From Candidatus Auribacterota bacterium (GTDB lineage Bacteria; Auribacterota; Ancaeobacteria; Ancaeobacterales; Ancaeobacteraceae), in contig JAKLEM010000005.1 of NCBI GenBank assembly GCA_022711655.1, positions 4,956 to 68,955 of the forward strand: a DNA stretch of 64,000 nt, read 5' to 3'. The notes under the pieces were generated by a model that was given only the letters and a program-made list of their open reading frames with translations, had not been told where the DNA came from and searched no databases. Position numbers and translations under genes: made by a program. Below, piece by piece: positions 30,312-40,512 of this stretch. Position 1 is the stretch's first letter; every line of letters starts with the position of its first letter.

Positions 30312-31406
30312 TCACTCCGTATAGCGCCGGAGCTTCTTGTTTTCCTTCATCGCCTTGACGAGGTGCTTGATCTCTTCCAGGCGCGACGAAGGGCAGACGA
30401 CGACCGCGTCGGCCGTCTTGACGACCGTGACGCCCTTCATCCCGAGCACCGCGACGGTCCCCTCTTTCGCGATCAGCACGGAATCCTGCGTATCGAACGT
30501 CACCACGTCCCCCTCTGCGACGTTGCGAAACGCATCTTCGCGGCGGTATTTCCTGAAACTGGCCCACGAGCCGACGTCGTCCCAGTAGAAATTCGATTCC
30601 GCCGCGACGACGCGGTCTGACTTTTCCATGACGCCGTAGTCGATCGATCTCCGCTCGAGGCCGCGGTAGATGCGCTCGATGCGCCGCGCGAAATCTTTTT
30701 TGCCGGCGGCGGCCGACATCTCCCGCGCGGCGTCGTACAGGCGCGGCATATATTTCTTCATTTCTTCGAGTATCGTCGCCGCGCGCCACACGAACATCCC
30801 GCTGTTCCAGTAATAATTCCCCGCCGAGAGGAATTGCTCGGCCCGCTGCCGGTCCGGCTTCTCCTCGAAACGTTCGACCGTGCTGAAAACTGTCTTCGTG
30901 CCGGACGAGATCTTCCCGCCGAACTTGATGTAGCCGTACCCGGTATGCGGCGTCGACGGCCTGATCCCGATCGTTACGAGTCGATCGTCGCGCACACACA
31001 GGCGCGCGGCGTCCGCGAGGGTCGCCCGGAACACGGAAAGGTCCCTGATCACATGGTCCGCGGGCATCACGATCATCACGCCGTCCGGATCGCGGCGCCG
31101 GATAAGGGCGGCGGCGAGCGCGATGCACGGCGCGGTGTCGCGCCCCATCGGCTCGGCGACGATATTCCCCTGAGGGACGCCCGGCAGCTGGCGCCGCACC
31201 TCGGCGGCCTGCTCGCGGTTGGTGACCACATATATCCTGCCGCGGGGCACGAGCGGCGCTATGCGGCCGACCGTCTCCTGTATCATCGTCTTTTTGCCGA
31301 CGATCGGCAGCAGCTGCTTCGGTTTCGCCGTCCGGGAGACAGGCCAAAAACGTTCGCCGCTCCCGCCGGCCATGATCACGGCATACAGATGGTCATTTTT
31401 TTTCAT
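30312..31406 (-). CDS. manC: Mannose-1-phosphate guanylyltransferase
   Basis: VIMAGGSGERFWPVSR...PKQ, EPMGRDTAP, TGYGYI, WNSGMF, SIDYGVME and WDDVGSW. Confidence 0.93.
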   Translation of the reverse strand: MKKNDHLYAVIMAGGSGERFWPVSRTAKPKQLLPIVGKKTMIQETVGRIAPLVPRGRIYVVTNREQAAEVRRQLPGVPQGNIVAEPMGRDTAPCIALAAALIRRRDPDGVMIVMPADHVIRDLSVFRATLADAARLCVRDDRLVTIGIRPSTPHTGYGYIKFGGKISSGTKTVFSTVERFEEKPDRQRAEQFLSAGNYYWNSGMFVWRAATILEEMKKYMPRLYDAAREMSAAAGKKDFARRIERIYRGLERRSIDYGVMEKSDRVVAAESNFYWDDVGSWASFRKYRREDAFRNVAEGDVVTFDTQDSVLIAKEGTVAVLGMKGVTVVKTADAVVVCPSSRLEEIKHLVKAMKENKKLRRYTE

Positions 31407-32181
31407 GGATAAGCCCCTTCACGAAACGCTGGATGTGCGGCACCGGATCGTCCCGATGTTCCGCCGCGGTGCGGACGATCGCGCTGCCGACGACGACCGC
31501 GTCGGCGAGACGGCCGATCTGCCGGACGTCGTCTCTGTGCGACACGCCGAAACCGACGGCGACCGGCGCGGCCGAATGTTCTCTGATCCGCGCAACGGTC
31601 CGCTCGACCTCATCGAACTTCCCTTTGGTCAGCCCCGTCACGCCGGTACGCGAGACACAATAGATAAAACCGCTCGACAGGCGCGCGATCCTGCGCACAC
31701 GCGCGTCGGTGCTCGTCGGCGCGACGAGAAAGACGGTGCTCAGACCGTGCTTTTTCATGATACGCACATACTCCGCGGATTCTTCGGGAGGCATGTCGAG
31801 CGCGAGGACGCCGTCCGCGCCGGCAGCCGCGGCGTCATTCGCGAATCTTTTCATGCCGTACTTCAGTATCGGGTTCAGATAGGAAAAGAGGACGATCGGC
31901 GTCTGCGTCTGCGCTCGGACATGCGCGATCAGCGACAGCGTCTTTCCGACGGTCATCCCCGCTTCCAGCGCGCGCTGCATCGCCGCCTGAATGATCGGCC
32001 CGTCCGCAAGCGGGTCGGAGAACGGTATGCCGACCTCGATGACGTCGGCGCCGGCATTCGCCAGCGCGAGGATGATCCGCTCGGACGTCTTCGGATCGGG
32101 ATCGCCGGCCGTCACATACGGGATGAAGCCGGCCTTCTTCGCCTTTTTGAGCTCGATGAACTTCTGATCGATACGATTCAT
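31393..32181 (-). CDS. trpA: Tryptophan synthase alpha chain
   Basis: [35 protein letters not shown] and VGFG. Start revised to MNRID at 32181. Confidence 0.97.
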   Translation of the reverse strand: MNRIDQKFIELKKAKKAGFIPYVTAGDPDPKTSERIILALANAGADVIEVGIPFSDPLADGPIIQAAMQRALEAGMTVGKTLSLIAHVRAQTQTPIVLFSYLNPILKYGMKRFANDAAAAGADGVLALDMPPEESAEYVRIMKKHGLSTVFLVAPTSTDARVRRIARLSSGFIYCVSRTGVTGLTKGKFDEVERTVARIREHSAAPVAVGFGVSHRDDVRQIGRLADAVVVGSAIVRTAAEHRDDPVPHIQRFVKGLIHEKK

Positions 32182-33374
32182 AGGCCTTTGTTCTTTTCCA
32201 TATATTCGCGGACGCTCTGGACATCCTTGTCGCCGCGCCCCGAGAGGTTGATCACGATGACCTGGTTTCTTTTCATGTGCCGCGCCGCCTTCATGGCGTA
32301 GGCGACCGCGTGCGCGCTCTCGAGGGCCGGCAGTATCCCCTCCGTTTCGCACAACGTGCGGAACGCCGACACCGCTTCCCTGTCGTCGATCGACGCGTAC
32401 GCGACCCGCCCGGTGTCGCGCAGGAGCGCGTGCTCCGGGCCTATCGCGGCGTAATCGAGGCCGGCCGAGACGGAGTGCGTCTCTCTGATCTGGCCGTCGT
32501 CATCCTGCAGGACATACGAATAGGTCCCCTGCAGCGTCCCCGGGGTGCCGCCCGCGAAACGCGCCGCGTGTCTGCCGGTGCGTATGCCGAGCCCGGCCGC
32601 TTCGACGCCGGCCATTTTCACCGACCGGTCGTTCAGGAAGGGATGGAACAGGCCGATCGAGTTGCTGCCGCCGCCGACGCACGCGACCAGCAGGTCGGGC
32701 AGTTTTTTTTCGGCGAGCAGGATCTGCCGGCGCGCCTCCTGCCCGATTATTTTCTGGAAATCGCGCACGATCATCGGGAAAGGGTGCGGTCCCAGAACCG
32801 AGCCGAGCACGTAATGGGTCGACGAGACGTTCGTGACCCAGTCGCGCATCGCCTCGTTGATCGCGTCCTTGAGCGTCCGGGATCCGCTTTCGACGCGCAC
32901 GACCTTCGCCCCCATCAACTCCATCCGGAAGACGTTGAGCTCCTGACGGCGCATATCCTCCGCGCCCATATAGATCACGCATTCGAGGCCGAAAAGCGCC
33001 GCGGCCGCCGCCGTCGCCACGCCGTGCTGCCCCGCCCCCGTCTCGGCGATCACGCGCTTTTTTCCCATCCGTCTGGTGATGAGCGTCTGCCCGATGGTGT
33101 TGTTGATCTTGTGCGCGCCGGTGTGGCACAGGTCCTCGCGCTTGAGATAGATCTTCGCGCCGCCGCACATCGCGGACAAACGCTCGGCATGATAGAGCGG
33201 CGTCGGCCTGCCGACGTACTCTCTCAGGTAGTATGCGAGCTCTTTCCGGAACGCCGCGTCGGCGCGCGCGCCGCGATAGACGCGGATGAGTTCCTCCAAC
33301 GCCGGCATGATCGTCTCGGGGACGAACATACCGCCGTATTTTCCGAAATGGCCGTGTGAGTCGGGATATGTCAT
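32178..33374 (-). CDS. trpB: Tryptophan synthase beta chain
   Basis: [16 protein letters not shown] (PLP lysine), [17 protein letters not shown] and NLSGRGDKD. Confidence 0.99.
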   Translation of the reverse strand: MTYPDSHGHFGKYGGMFVPETIMPALEELIRVYRGARADAAFRKELAYYLREYVGRPTPLYHAERLSAMCGGAKIYLKREDLCHTGAHKINNTIGQTLITRRMGKKRVIAETGAGQHGVATAAAAALFGLECVIYMGAEDMRRQELNVFRMELMGAKVVRVESGSRTLKDAINEAMRDWVTNVSSTHYVLGSVLGPHPFPMIVRDFQKIIGQEARRQILLAEKKLPDLLVACVGGGSNSIGLFHPFLNDRSVKMAGVEAAGLGIRTGRHAARFAGGTPGTLQGTYSYVLQDDDGQIRETHSVSAGLDYAAIGPEHALLRDTGRVAYASIDDREAVSAFRTLCETEGILPALESAHAVAYAMKAARHMKRNQVIVINLSGRGDKDVQSVREYMEKNKGL

Positions 33375-34000
33375 ATCTGTGCCGCTTCCCGCGCATTGTT
33401 AATGAACGCCTCGACCAGCGCGTGGTCTTTCCTGCCCGGCGATAGCTCAAGCCTGCTCGACGCGTCGACGGCGAACGGCCTGACCGTTCTTACCGCCTGC
33501 CCAACGTTATCGGGGCCGAGGCCGCCCGAGAGGACGATCTTCCTGCCGGTCTTCGCGAGATCGGCGGCTATCCGCCAGTCGAACTGTTCGCCCGTGCCGC
33601 CGTAGATACCTTCGCGGAACTGGTCGAGCAGTATCATGTCGGCCGCGCGGTATCGTTCGACATCGCGGGCGGACGTGCCGTTCTTTACCCTGATCGCTTT
33701 GATGACGGTGAAGCCGTCGGCCGCGTAGCGCGCGCATTCATCCGGCGTTTCGTCGCCGTGAAGCTGTATAAGATCGAGCGCGCACTGCCGCGCGATCGCC
33801 TTGACCGCCTCGGGCCGCTCGTTCACAAAGACGCCCGCCTTACGTATGTTCGCGGGCAAGAGGGCGACGATCCCGGCGGCCGTCTCCGGCGTCACCTGCC
33901 GAGGGCTTTCCGCAAATACGAAACCGAGCACGTCGGCGCCTGCTCGCGCGCAGAACAGCGCGTCATCGCGATTCGTTATCCCGCAGACCTTGACCAGCAT
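33371..34000 (-). CDS. trpF: Phosphoribosylanthranilate isomerase
   Basis: [36 protein letters not shown] and VDASS. Confidence 0.96.
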   Translation of the reverse strand: MLVKVCGITNRDDALFCARAGADVLGFVFAESPRQVTPETAAGIVALLPANIRKAGVFVNERPEAVKAIARQCALDLIQLHGDETPDECARYAADGFTVIKAIRVKNGTSARDVERYRAADMILLDQFREGIYGGTGEQFDWRIAADLAKTGRKIVLSGGLGPDNVGQAVRTVRPFAVDASSRLELSPGRKDHALVEAFINNAREAAQI

Positions 34001-34004
34001 ACCG

Positions 34005-34787
34005 TCACCGCGTCCCCATGAGGTCGCGGACCGCCGCGCCGATATCCTTCGCCCGCATGAAGGTCTCGCCGATCAGCGCCGCGTCAACGCCGCACCGCCG
34101 CAGGCGGTCGACGTCGCCGCGCGTTTTGATGCCGCTTTCGCTTACCAGCGTCCTGTCAGCGGGGACCAGCGGCGCGAGAGACTCGGTGGCCGACAGGTCC
34201 ACCGTAAACGCCGCGAGGTCGCGGTTATTGATCCCGACCAGCGTCGCGCCGGCGTCGAGCGCCCGCTTGACGTCATCCGGCGTATGCGTCTCGACCAGCG
34301 CCGCAAGATGCTGCTCGGCCGCGCACGCGGCCAGCTTCTCCAGCCGGGCGGCGGTGTGTATCGATGCGATCAGGAGAACCGCGTCGGCGCCGTGCGCCGC
34401 AGCCTCGACGATCTGGTATTCGTCGATGATAAAATCTTTGCACAGGACGGGCACGGATACCGCAGCCGATGCCTGCGAGAGATACGCGAAGGACCCTTGA
34501 AAAAATTTTTCGTCGGTCAGCACCGACAGCGCGTCCGCGCCCGCCGATCCGTACGCCCGCGCTATCGCGACGGGGTCGAAATCCTCGCGGATGATCCCGG
34601 CGGAAGGCGACGCCTTCTTGACTTCCGCTATCAGCGCCATCCTGTCCGGATGGCACAGCGCGGACGCGAAATCCCTGCGGTCTTTGCGCGCGTCTGCTCG
34701 TTTCATCAGCGCGGAAAACGACACTGCCCGCTGCCGGTCCGGGACCGTTATCTTCTTGTAGGCGACGATCTCTTCAAGCCGCGTCAT
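34005..34787 (-). CDS. trpC: Indole-3-glycerol phosphate synthase
   Basis: IAEVKKASPSAG, SVLTDEKFFQGS, KDFIID, GINNRDL and SESGI. Confidence 0.97.
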   Translation of the reverse strand: MTRLEEIVAYKKITVPDRQRAVSFSALMKRADARKDRRDFASALCHPDRMALIAEVKKASPSAGIIREDFDPVAIARAYGSAGADALSVLTDEKFFQGSFAYLSQASAAVSVPVLCKDFIIDEYQIVEAAAHGADAVLLIASIHTAARLEKLAACAAEQHLAALVETHTPDDVKRALDAGATLVGINNRDLAAFTVDLSATESLAPLVPADRTLVSESGIKTRGDVDRLRRCGVDAALIGETFMRAKDIGAAVRDLMGTR

Positions 34788-35793
34788 GAGAAAAAGCCTT
34801 CAGCTTTTCGAGGACCGCCATCGCGGCTCCGCTGTCTATCGCCCGCCCCGCCGCGCCGATCGCGGCGGAGAGGTCGTCGCTCCCGCCCGCAGCCATGATC
34901 GCGAACGCGGCGTTGACGACGACGACGTCGCGGGCCGGCCCCTGTTTGCCTTTCAGTATTTCAATGACAAGGCGCGCGCTTGCGTCCCTGCCGGCGACCT
35001 GCAGCGGCGCAAGGCCGGCAACCTTGATGCCGTATTTCTTCGGATGGAATTCGTACGTTTTGATGCGGCCGTCCCGAAGTTCCGTCACCGACGACGCGCC
35101 GCCCACGCTGATCTCGTCGAGGCCGTCGTCGCCGTGCACGACGAACGCCCGTTCGGTCCCGAAGTTCCGGAGCGATTCCGCGACGGGGACGGCAAGCGCC
35201 CGGTCGTAGACGCCGACAAGCTGTCTTTTCGCGGAGAGCGGGTTGGTCAGGGGGCCGAGAATATTGAAAATGGTGCGCAAACCGATCTCCGAGCGTGCCC
35301 GCGCCGCATGCTTCATCGCGCCGTGATAGAGCGGAGCGAAGAGGAACACCATGCCGGCTTCTTTCAGGCATCGTTCGGCATTCGCCGGCGCAATGTCGAC
35401 CTTGACGCCGAGCGTCTCGAGGAGATCGGCGCTCCCGCAGCCGCTGGACACCGAGCGGTTGCCGTGCTTGGCTATCCTCACGCCGGCCCCGGCCGCGGCG
35501 AACGCCGCGACGGTGGAAATGTTGAACGTCCGCCTGCAGTCTCCGCCGGTCCCGCACGTGTCGACGATATCGCCTCCGGCGGCGAACGGCGGGAGGATCC
35601 GGTCCCGCATCGCGGCGGCGAAGCCGCTGATCTCGCCGGCGGTCTCCCCTTTGATCTTCAGGGCGGTCGCCAGCGCGGCGATCTGCGCGTCTGTCGCCGC
35701 GCCGTCCATGATCTCGCCCATGACCTTGCGGGCTAATTCCTGCGGAAGGGCCTCTCTGCGGGCCGCCATCTGTATCGCTTCAAGGATCATCAT
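34774..35793 (-). CDS. trpD: Anthranilate phosphoribosyltransferase
   Basis: DTCGTGGD, NISTV, AKHGNRSVSSGCGSAD, RTIFNILGPLTNP and GLDE. Start revised to MMILEA at 35793 or 35790. Confidence 0.97.
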   Translation of the reverse strand: MMILEAIQMAARREALPQELARKVMGEIMDGAATDAQIAALATALKIKGETAGEISGFAAAMRDRILPPFAAGGDIVDTCGTGGDCRRTFNISTVAAFAAAGAGVRIAKHGNRSVSSGCGSADLLETLGVKVDIAPANAERCLKEAGMVFLFAPLYHGAMKHAARARSEIGLRTIFNILGPLTNPLSAKRQLVGVYDRALAVPVAESLRNFGTERAFVVHGDDGLDEISVGGASSVTELRDGRIKTYEFHPKKYGIKVAGLAPLQVAGRDASARLVIEILKGKQGPARDVVVVNAAFAIMAAGGSDDLSAAIGAAGRAIDSGAAMAVLEKLKAFSHDAA

Positions 35794-35800
35794 GCCTCTC

Positions 35801-35927
35801 CGAAACGGCGGATAACGACCCGTCTGCGGCGTTGCCCACCGCCGCTCCCTTTGTGCGGCGTACTTACCAGTACGCCTCCGCAGTCGCTGGCGGGCGCCTT
35901 GCATCCGGGCCGTTCTTCGCCGTTTCG
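35801..35927 (+). repeat. Miniature repeat family B, reference copy (127 bp)
   Basis: Perfect 10-bp TIR CGAAACGGCG / CGCCGTTTCG and internal hairpin GGCGTACTTACCAGTACGCC; homologous to the 23.8-24.15 kb copies. Confidence 0.8.
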
Positions 35928-35975
35928 CACGGTTTTCACTAGGGAATCCCTCTCTCTTTCCCCTTTTAAGGGGTC

Positions 35976-37595
35976 TCAGACCTTTATCGCGTCGCCCGTC
36001 TTGGCAGAAAGATACTTGAGCTCCTCGATGTGGAAATTCTCGTCTTTGCCGAGGATGATCGTGCCGCGGTATTTCTTCTCGATCTTCTTGAAGCAGTCCT
36101 TGTCCTGCGTCTCGATGTGGTTATAGACCGCCGGGCTGACGACGACCTTGACGTCCATGTAGATGCCCGTGGAGAAGATCCGCGACAGCGTCCGCTGGAT
36201 CTCGATGCTCAGGCTGACGCACGACTTCACCATCCCGTTCCCCTTGCAATAGGGGCAGTCCTGATAGAGTATCTCCGCCGTCATCTCCTGGATGCGCTGG
36301 CGCGTCATCTCGACGAGGCCGAGCTCGGAAATCGGCAGGATGTTGGTCTTGGCCTTGTCCCGCTTGATCGCGTCCTTGAAGCGGCGCAGGACCTCGCGCT
36401 GGTTGCGGCGCGAGGCCATGTCGATGAAGTCGATGATGATGATGCCGCCCATGTTGCGCAGGCGCAGCTGGCGCGCGACCTCGTCGCACGCCTCGAGGTT
36501 CGTCTCGAGGACGGTATCTTCGAGGTTGCCCGCCATGTGCCGGCCGGTGTTGACGTCGATCGCCATCAGCGCCTCGGTGCGGTCGAAGACCAGGTAACCG
36601 CCCTTCTTGAGCCACACCTTGCGCTTGAATATCTTCTCGATCTCCTTCTCGATCCCGTATTTGTCGAAAAGCGGCTGACGCCCCTTGTACAGCTCGACCT
36701 TCTGCTTCATGCGGGGAAAGGCGAGGCCGATGAACTTCACGATGTCCCAGTAGACCTCCTTGGAGTCGACGACCACCCGGTCGACATCGTGCGTCAGCGA
36801 ATCCCTGATCAGCTGGAGCACCAGGTCGAGCTCGGTGTGGACCAGGCCGGGCGCCTTGACGATCTCGATGCGTTTCTTGATCCGCTTCCACAGCTCGATG
36901 AGATACCGAAGGTCGCGGTCGAAATCCTTGGTCGTCTCGCCCGCGCCGACCGTCCGGAGGATCACCCCCATGTTGTTCGGGATCCGCAGCGCGGTCAGCA
37001 TGTCGCGCATCTTGCGGCGCTGTTCCCGCTCTTCGATCTTCCTCGAAATGCCGCGGAGGTTGGAGTTCGGCACCAGGACAAGAAAGCGGCCCGGCAGGCT
37101 GACCTCGGTCGTCAGGCGGACGCCCTTCGTGCCGATCGGCTCCTTGAGCACCTGCACGATGATCTCGTCGCCCTCCTTGACCAGGTCCTGGATATTCGGC
37201 TTCGCCCGGTGATGATGGTTGTGGTGCCTGTTCTTATCCCGCTCCGGCTCTTTCGGCTTATCTTTTCCCGCCTCGAACTCTTTCTCGACGAACTCATCGT
37301 CGGACGCGAGGTCTGAGAGCGACGTCGGCTCGCCGATGTCGGAGACGTGGAGGAACCCGTTCTTATCGAGGCCGACGTCGACGAAGGCCGCCTGTATGCC
37401 CGGGAGCACGTTCACGACCTTGCCTTTGTAGATATTGCCGATAAGCCTGTTGTTGTCGCGCCTTTCGATGTGGAACGCCTCGAGGATCCCTTTTTCGACG
37501 AACGCGATCCGCGTCTCGAGGCTCTCGACGTTTATCACGATCTCGTTTTTCAGCTGCCCGACCTCACGGAACTTCTTTGCAAGAAATGTAATCAT
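35976..37595 (-). CDS. rng: Rne/Rng family ribonuclease (RNase G-like length)
   Basis: S1 domain GNIYKGKVVNVLPGIQAAFVD, KEPIGTKG, IDVNTG, GGIIIIDFIDM, GLVEMTRQR and the CPYC zinc link. Confidence 0.93.
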   Translation of the reverse strand: MITFLAKKFREVGQLKNEIVINVESLETRIAFVEKGILEAFHIERRDNNRLIGNIYKGKVVNVLPGIQAAFVDVGLDKNGFLHVSDIGEPTSLSDLASDDEFVEKEFEAGKDKPKEPERDKNRHHNHHHRAKPNIQDLVKEGDEIIVQVLKEPIGTKGVRLTTEVSLPGRFLVLVPNSNLRGISRKIEEREQRRKMRDMLTALRIPNNMGVILRTVGAGETTKDFDRDLRYLIELWKRIKKRIEIVKAPGLVHTELDLVLQLIRDSLTHDVDRVVVDSKEVYWDIVKFIGLAFPRMKQKVELYKGRQPLFDKYGIEKEIEKIFKRKVWLKKGGYLVFDRTEALMAIDVNTGRHMAGNLEDTVLETNLEACDEVARQLRLRNMGGIIIIDFIDMASRRNQREVLRRFKDAIKRDKAKTNILPISELGLVEMTRQRIQEMTAEILYQDCPYCKGNGMVKSCVSLSIEIQRTLSRIFSTGIYMDVKVVVSPAVYNHIETQDKDCFKKIEKKYRGTIILGKDENFHIEELKYLSAKTGDAIKV

Positions 37596-38269
37596 TAAAC
37601 CACCTTTTTGTTTGATGCCGTTGCGAACATATTGACGCGACTCACCCGGAAAGCACGCGCTTCCCTGTCGTCTATAGCGAAGAGGCCCTGCAGCGCCTCA
37701 TACGGTTTCGCGAAGCCCCCGCCCACCGATACGATCTCCAGATCGAGAACTTTCCTGCCGTTATCGGAACGTACCGCCGCCTTCCTTATGTGCGGCCTGA
37801 CGTTCATCTTTTTGCGGCTGTTCTCCTTTACCCGCTCGACGATCATCTCGTCACGGGCGAGAATGGTATCTATATCGCTTTGACTGACAATACTTTGCGA
37901 TATGGAAACACTGTACGCGATCAGATCGATCTCATGCACCAGGAGATCCGACGAGCGCCTGAAATAGTGTATATCTTTTATTTCCAGTATATTATGAAAA
38001 GAACATTCTATATCATTCCGCATCTTTTTCAAGTCAGAAAATTGCTGTATGCAGAAATCGAGGAATTCGCACTCCCCCTCCATCCCAACGGAAAGGGGCG
38101 GCCCGAACGCGATCTGCTGGTGCGGACTGAACCCCTGAGAGAGCTGGATCGGCACGTTCGCGCGCATGAAGCCGCGGAATACCGTCCGCATCAGGTCGAG
38201 GTGCGACAGGAAGCGCATCGCGCCTTTTCGTGCGTAGACCATCCTGACTGTTATGCGTTCGTTGTTCAT
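37595..38269 (-). CDS. Radical SAM-linked protein (TIGR03936/DUF2344-like)
   Basis: YARKGAMRFLSHLDL, SQGFSPH and FGPPLSVG; in the conserved position between the radical SAM gene and rng. Confidence 0.88.
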   Translation of the reverse strand: MNNERITVRMVYARKGAMRFLSHLDLMRTVFRGFMRANVPIQLSQGFSPHQQIAFGPPLSVGMEGECEFLDFCIQQFSDLKKMRNDIECSFHNILEIKDIHYFRRSSDLLVHEIDLIAYSVSISQSIVSQSDIDTILARDEMIVERVKENSRKKMNVRPHIRKAAVRSDNGRKVLDLEIVSVGGGFAKPYEALQGLFAIDDREARAFRVSRVNMFATASNKKVV

Positions 38270-38299
38270 AGGTGTTCTACCAATTATGCGCTTAGGAGT

Positions 38300-38451
38300 G
38301 GCAGCCAGGGAGTATTCGCGTCAGCACCGCGAGATTTTCCCCAGCCGGAAAATCTCGCTTGGCGACAATTCTCGCTCGTCCCTCGACTACGCTCGGGACA
38401 CCATGCCCGCTCGAATTGTCAACATGCTGACACGAACACTCCCCGCCTGCC
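38300..38451 (+). repeat. MITE-like element family A, copy 3
   Basis: GGCAGCCAGGGAGTATTC...GTCAGCACCGCGAGATT...GGGACACCATGCCCGCTCG...ACACTCCCCGCCTGCC; colinear with copy 1. Confidence 0.82.
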
Positions 38452-38506
38452 CTTTAACTAATTGCCGGAATTCATTAAGAACTCGGCTGCCCAAATAGCA
38501 AATATT

Positions 38507-38711
38507 GCAGCGGGTGACAGGGCGGCATTCTTTCAGTACGTTGAGAATTTCTGCGGCAAGCCGGCAAATCGTAAGATTTGCGGACCAGCCCCCGCATGGG
38601 GGCTTGGCCGCCGGCTGAAAGCCGGCGCGCAGAAATTCTCGCCGAGCGAGGGTCCCCGCAGGAGGGGCCCGAGCGGTACTGAAAGAGTGCTGCCCTGTCA
38701 GGCCCCGCTGC
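38507..38711 (+). repeat. Miniature inverted-repeat element family C, long multi-hairpin copy
   Basis: 25-bp arms at 38515-38539 and 38676-38700 (2 mismatches) enclose several short hairpins. The right arm contains the stop codon of the radical SAM gene. Confidence 0.8.
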
Positions 38712-40482
38712 TATTTGCGATAACATCCAGCGCTTTGCGATATTCGTTCTTCAGCGCTTCCTTACTAACCCCGGAATCGATGACGTCCCACGGTAGCGGC
38801 GCATCGACGGGGATCGCGCCCGTGTGCGCAGCGGAGTCGACCCCGGCTTTTGCGAACGCCTGTCGCCAGCGCTCGAAGTTGAAGTACTCGTTCCAGTCGT
38901 CGAAGCGCGCCCCGGCTTTCCACGCCTCCAGCACGGCGAGCGATAAACCGCGGCCGCCGCGAGCGAAGACCGCCTCGATGACGTTCTTCTCGATCTCATG
39001 GAATTTCAGCGTGATCTTCTTGCTGTGTATCCTCTTCTTGAGGATGCGCTGCTTTCGCGCGATCTCTTCCGGCGGGTTCATGGCGACCCACTGGAACGGC
39101 GTATGCGGCTTCGGCACGAAAGAGGAAACGGAAACGTTCACCTGGCCCGGGTAGCCGTCGATTTTTCTCTTGATATCCGACACCGCGTAGATGACGTCGG
39201 CGATCCGGTCAAGGTCGGCGTCCGTCTCCCCCGGGAGGCCGATCATGAAATAGAGCTTGATCAGCTTCCACCCGGCGGCGTACGCGCTCTCGACGGCGGC
39301 GAACAGCTCCGAGAAATTGATCTCTTTGCGGATCACCTCGAGCATCCGCTCTGTCCCCGCCTCGCACGCGAAGGTGAAACCGGTCTTCTTGATCTGCCTG
39401 ATCTTTTTCGCGATCTCGACCGAGAAGCTGTCGACGCGCAGCGACGGTATCGATATCGAAACCTTTTTCTCGTCGAACTGCGCGACCAGATCGTCGATAA
39501 GCCCCTCGATCTCCGGGTAGTCGCCGGTGGAAAGCGACAAGAGGGTTATCTCCTCGTACCCGGTATTGCGGATCAGCTGCGCAGCGTCTTTGACCAGGCG
39601 CGCGCGATCGCGGGCGCGGCGGGGCCGGTAGATGGTCCCCGCCTGGCAAAAACGGCAGCCGCGAGCGCAGCCCCTCATGATCTCGAGCGCGGCACGGTCG
39701 TGAACGATATTGACGAACGGCACTATCTGCCTGACCGGCGAGGGATACGCATCGAGGTCTTCGACGACCGCCTTGCGCACCGGGTACGGGACGCCGCCGT
39801 TCGGAGCGCCGGCAGCCATGCGGCGCGGCACGGCGTCCGTTCGCAGATCGTACATGGACGGCACATAGAACCCTTTGATCGTCCGGGCCGCATCGGCCAG
39901 GACTTCACTGCGCGGAGAGAGGCCTTTTTTTCTCGAGACAAGATCCATGAACTGCGGCAGAGACTCCTCCGCCTCGCCGATGATGAACGCGTCAAAGAAA
40001 TCGGCCACCGGCTCCGGGTTGAACGCGCAGGGGCCGCCGCCGATGACGAACGGCCAGCGCCCGTCGGCGCGGTCGCGGGCGAAGATCGGCACGCCGCCCA
40101 GGTCGAGCATGTTCAGGACGTTCGTATACGACAGCTCGTATTGCAGTGAGAACCCGATGATGTCGAAATCGGCCGCCGGCGCGAACGTCTCCAGGGAATG
40201 CAGCGGCACTCCGTGTTCCCGCATATGCTTCTCCATGTCCGGCCACGGCGCGAACGCGCGCTCGGCGCAAAAGCGCTCGTCGCCGTTGACCAGCTCGTAG
40301 AGGATCTTGCACCCGAGATGGCTCATCCCGATCTCGTAGACATCGGGGAACGCGATGAGGATCTTCGCCGACAGGCGCGCATGATCCTTGACGACCGCGT
40401 TCAATTCACCGCCGATGTAGCGCCCCGGCTTCTGGACGTACGGCAGGATCTTGTCGAATACGATTTCTTTCAGGTTATCCAT
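38698..40482 (-). CDS. TIGR03960-type B12-binding radical SAM protein
   Basis: VQKPGRYIGGE, FPDVYEIGMSHLG, CxxxCxxC in RGCARGCRFCQAG, and FVPKPHTPFQW. Confidence 0.92.
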   Translation of the reverse strand: MDNLKEIVFDKILPYVQKPGRYIGGELNAVVKDHARLSAKILIAFPDVYEIGMSHLGCKILYELVNGDERFCAERAFAPWPDMEKHMREHGVPLHSLETFAPAADFDIIGFSLQYELSYTNVLNMLDLGGVPIFARDRADGRWPFVIGGGPCAFNPEPVADFFDAFIIGEAEESLPQFMDLVSRKKGLSPRSEVLADAARTIKGFYVPSMYDLRTDAVPRRMAAGAPNGGVPYPVRKAVVEDLDAYPSPVRQIVPFVNIVHDRAALEIMRGCARGCRFCQAGTIYRPRRARDRARLVKDAAQLIRNTGYEEITLLSLSTGDYPEIEGLIDDLVAQFDEKKVSISIPSLRVDSFSVEIAKKIRQIKKTGFTFACEAGTERMLEVIRKEINFSELFAAVESAYAAGWKLIKLYFMIGLPGETDADLDRIADVIYAVSDIKRKIDGYPGQVNVSVSSFVPKPHTPFQWVAMNPPEEIARKQRILKKRIHSKKITLKFHEIEKNVIEAVFARGGRGLSLAVLEAWKAGARFDDWNEYFNFERWRQAFAKAGVDSAAHTGAIPVDAPLPWDVIDSGVSKEALKNEYRKALDVIANSSGA

Positions 40483-40512
40483 ACATGAGATGATCCGCTT
40501 ATAGGTGAACGG

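Noticed and set aside
38470-38712. 6S RNA, SRP RNA, RNase P RNA or tmRNA
   Set aside because: I found none of the diagnostic motifs, and a second deleted copy at 26923-27002 argues for a repeat family. An Rfam scan would settle it.
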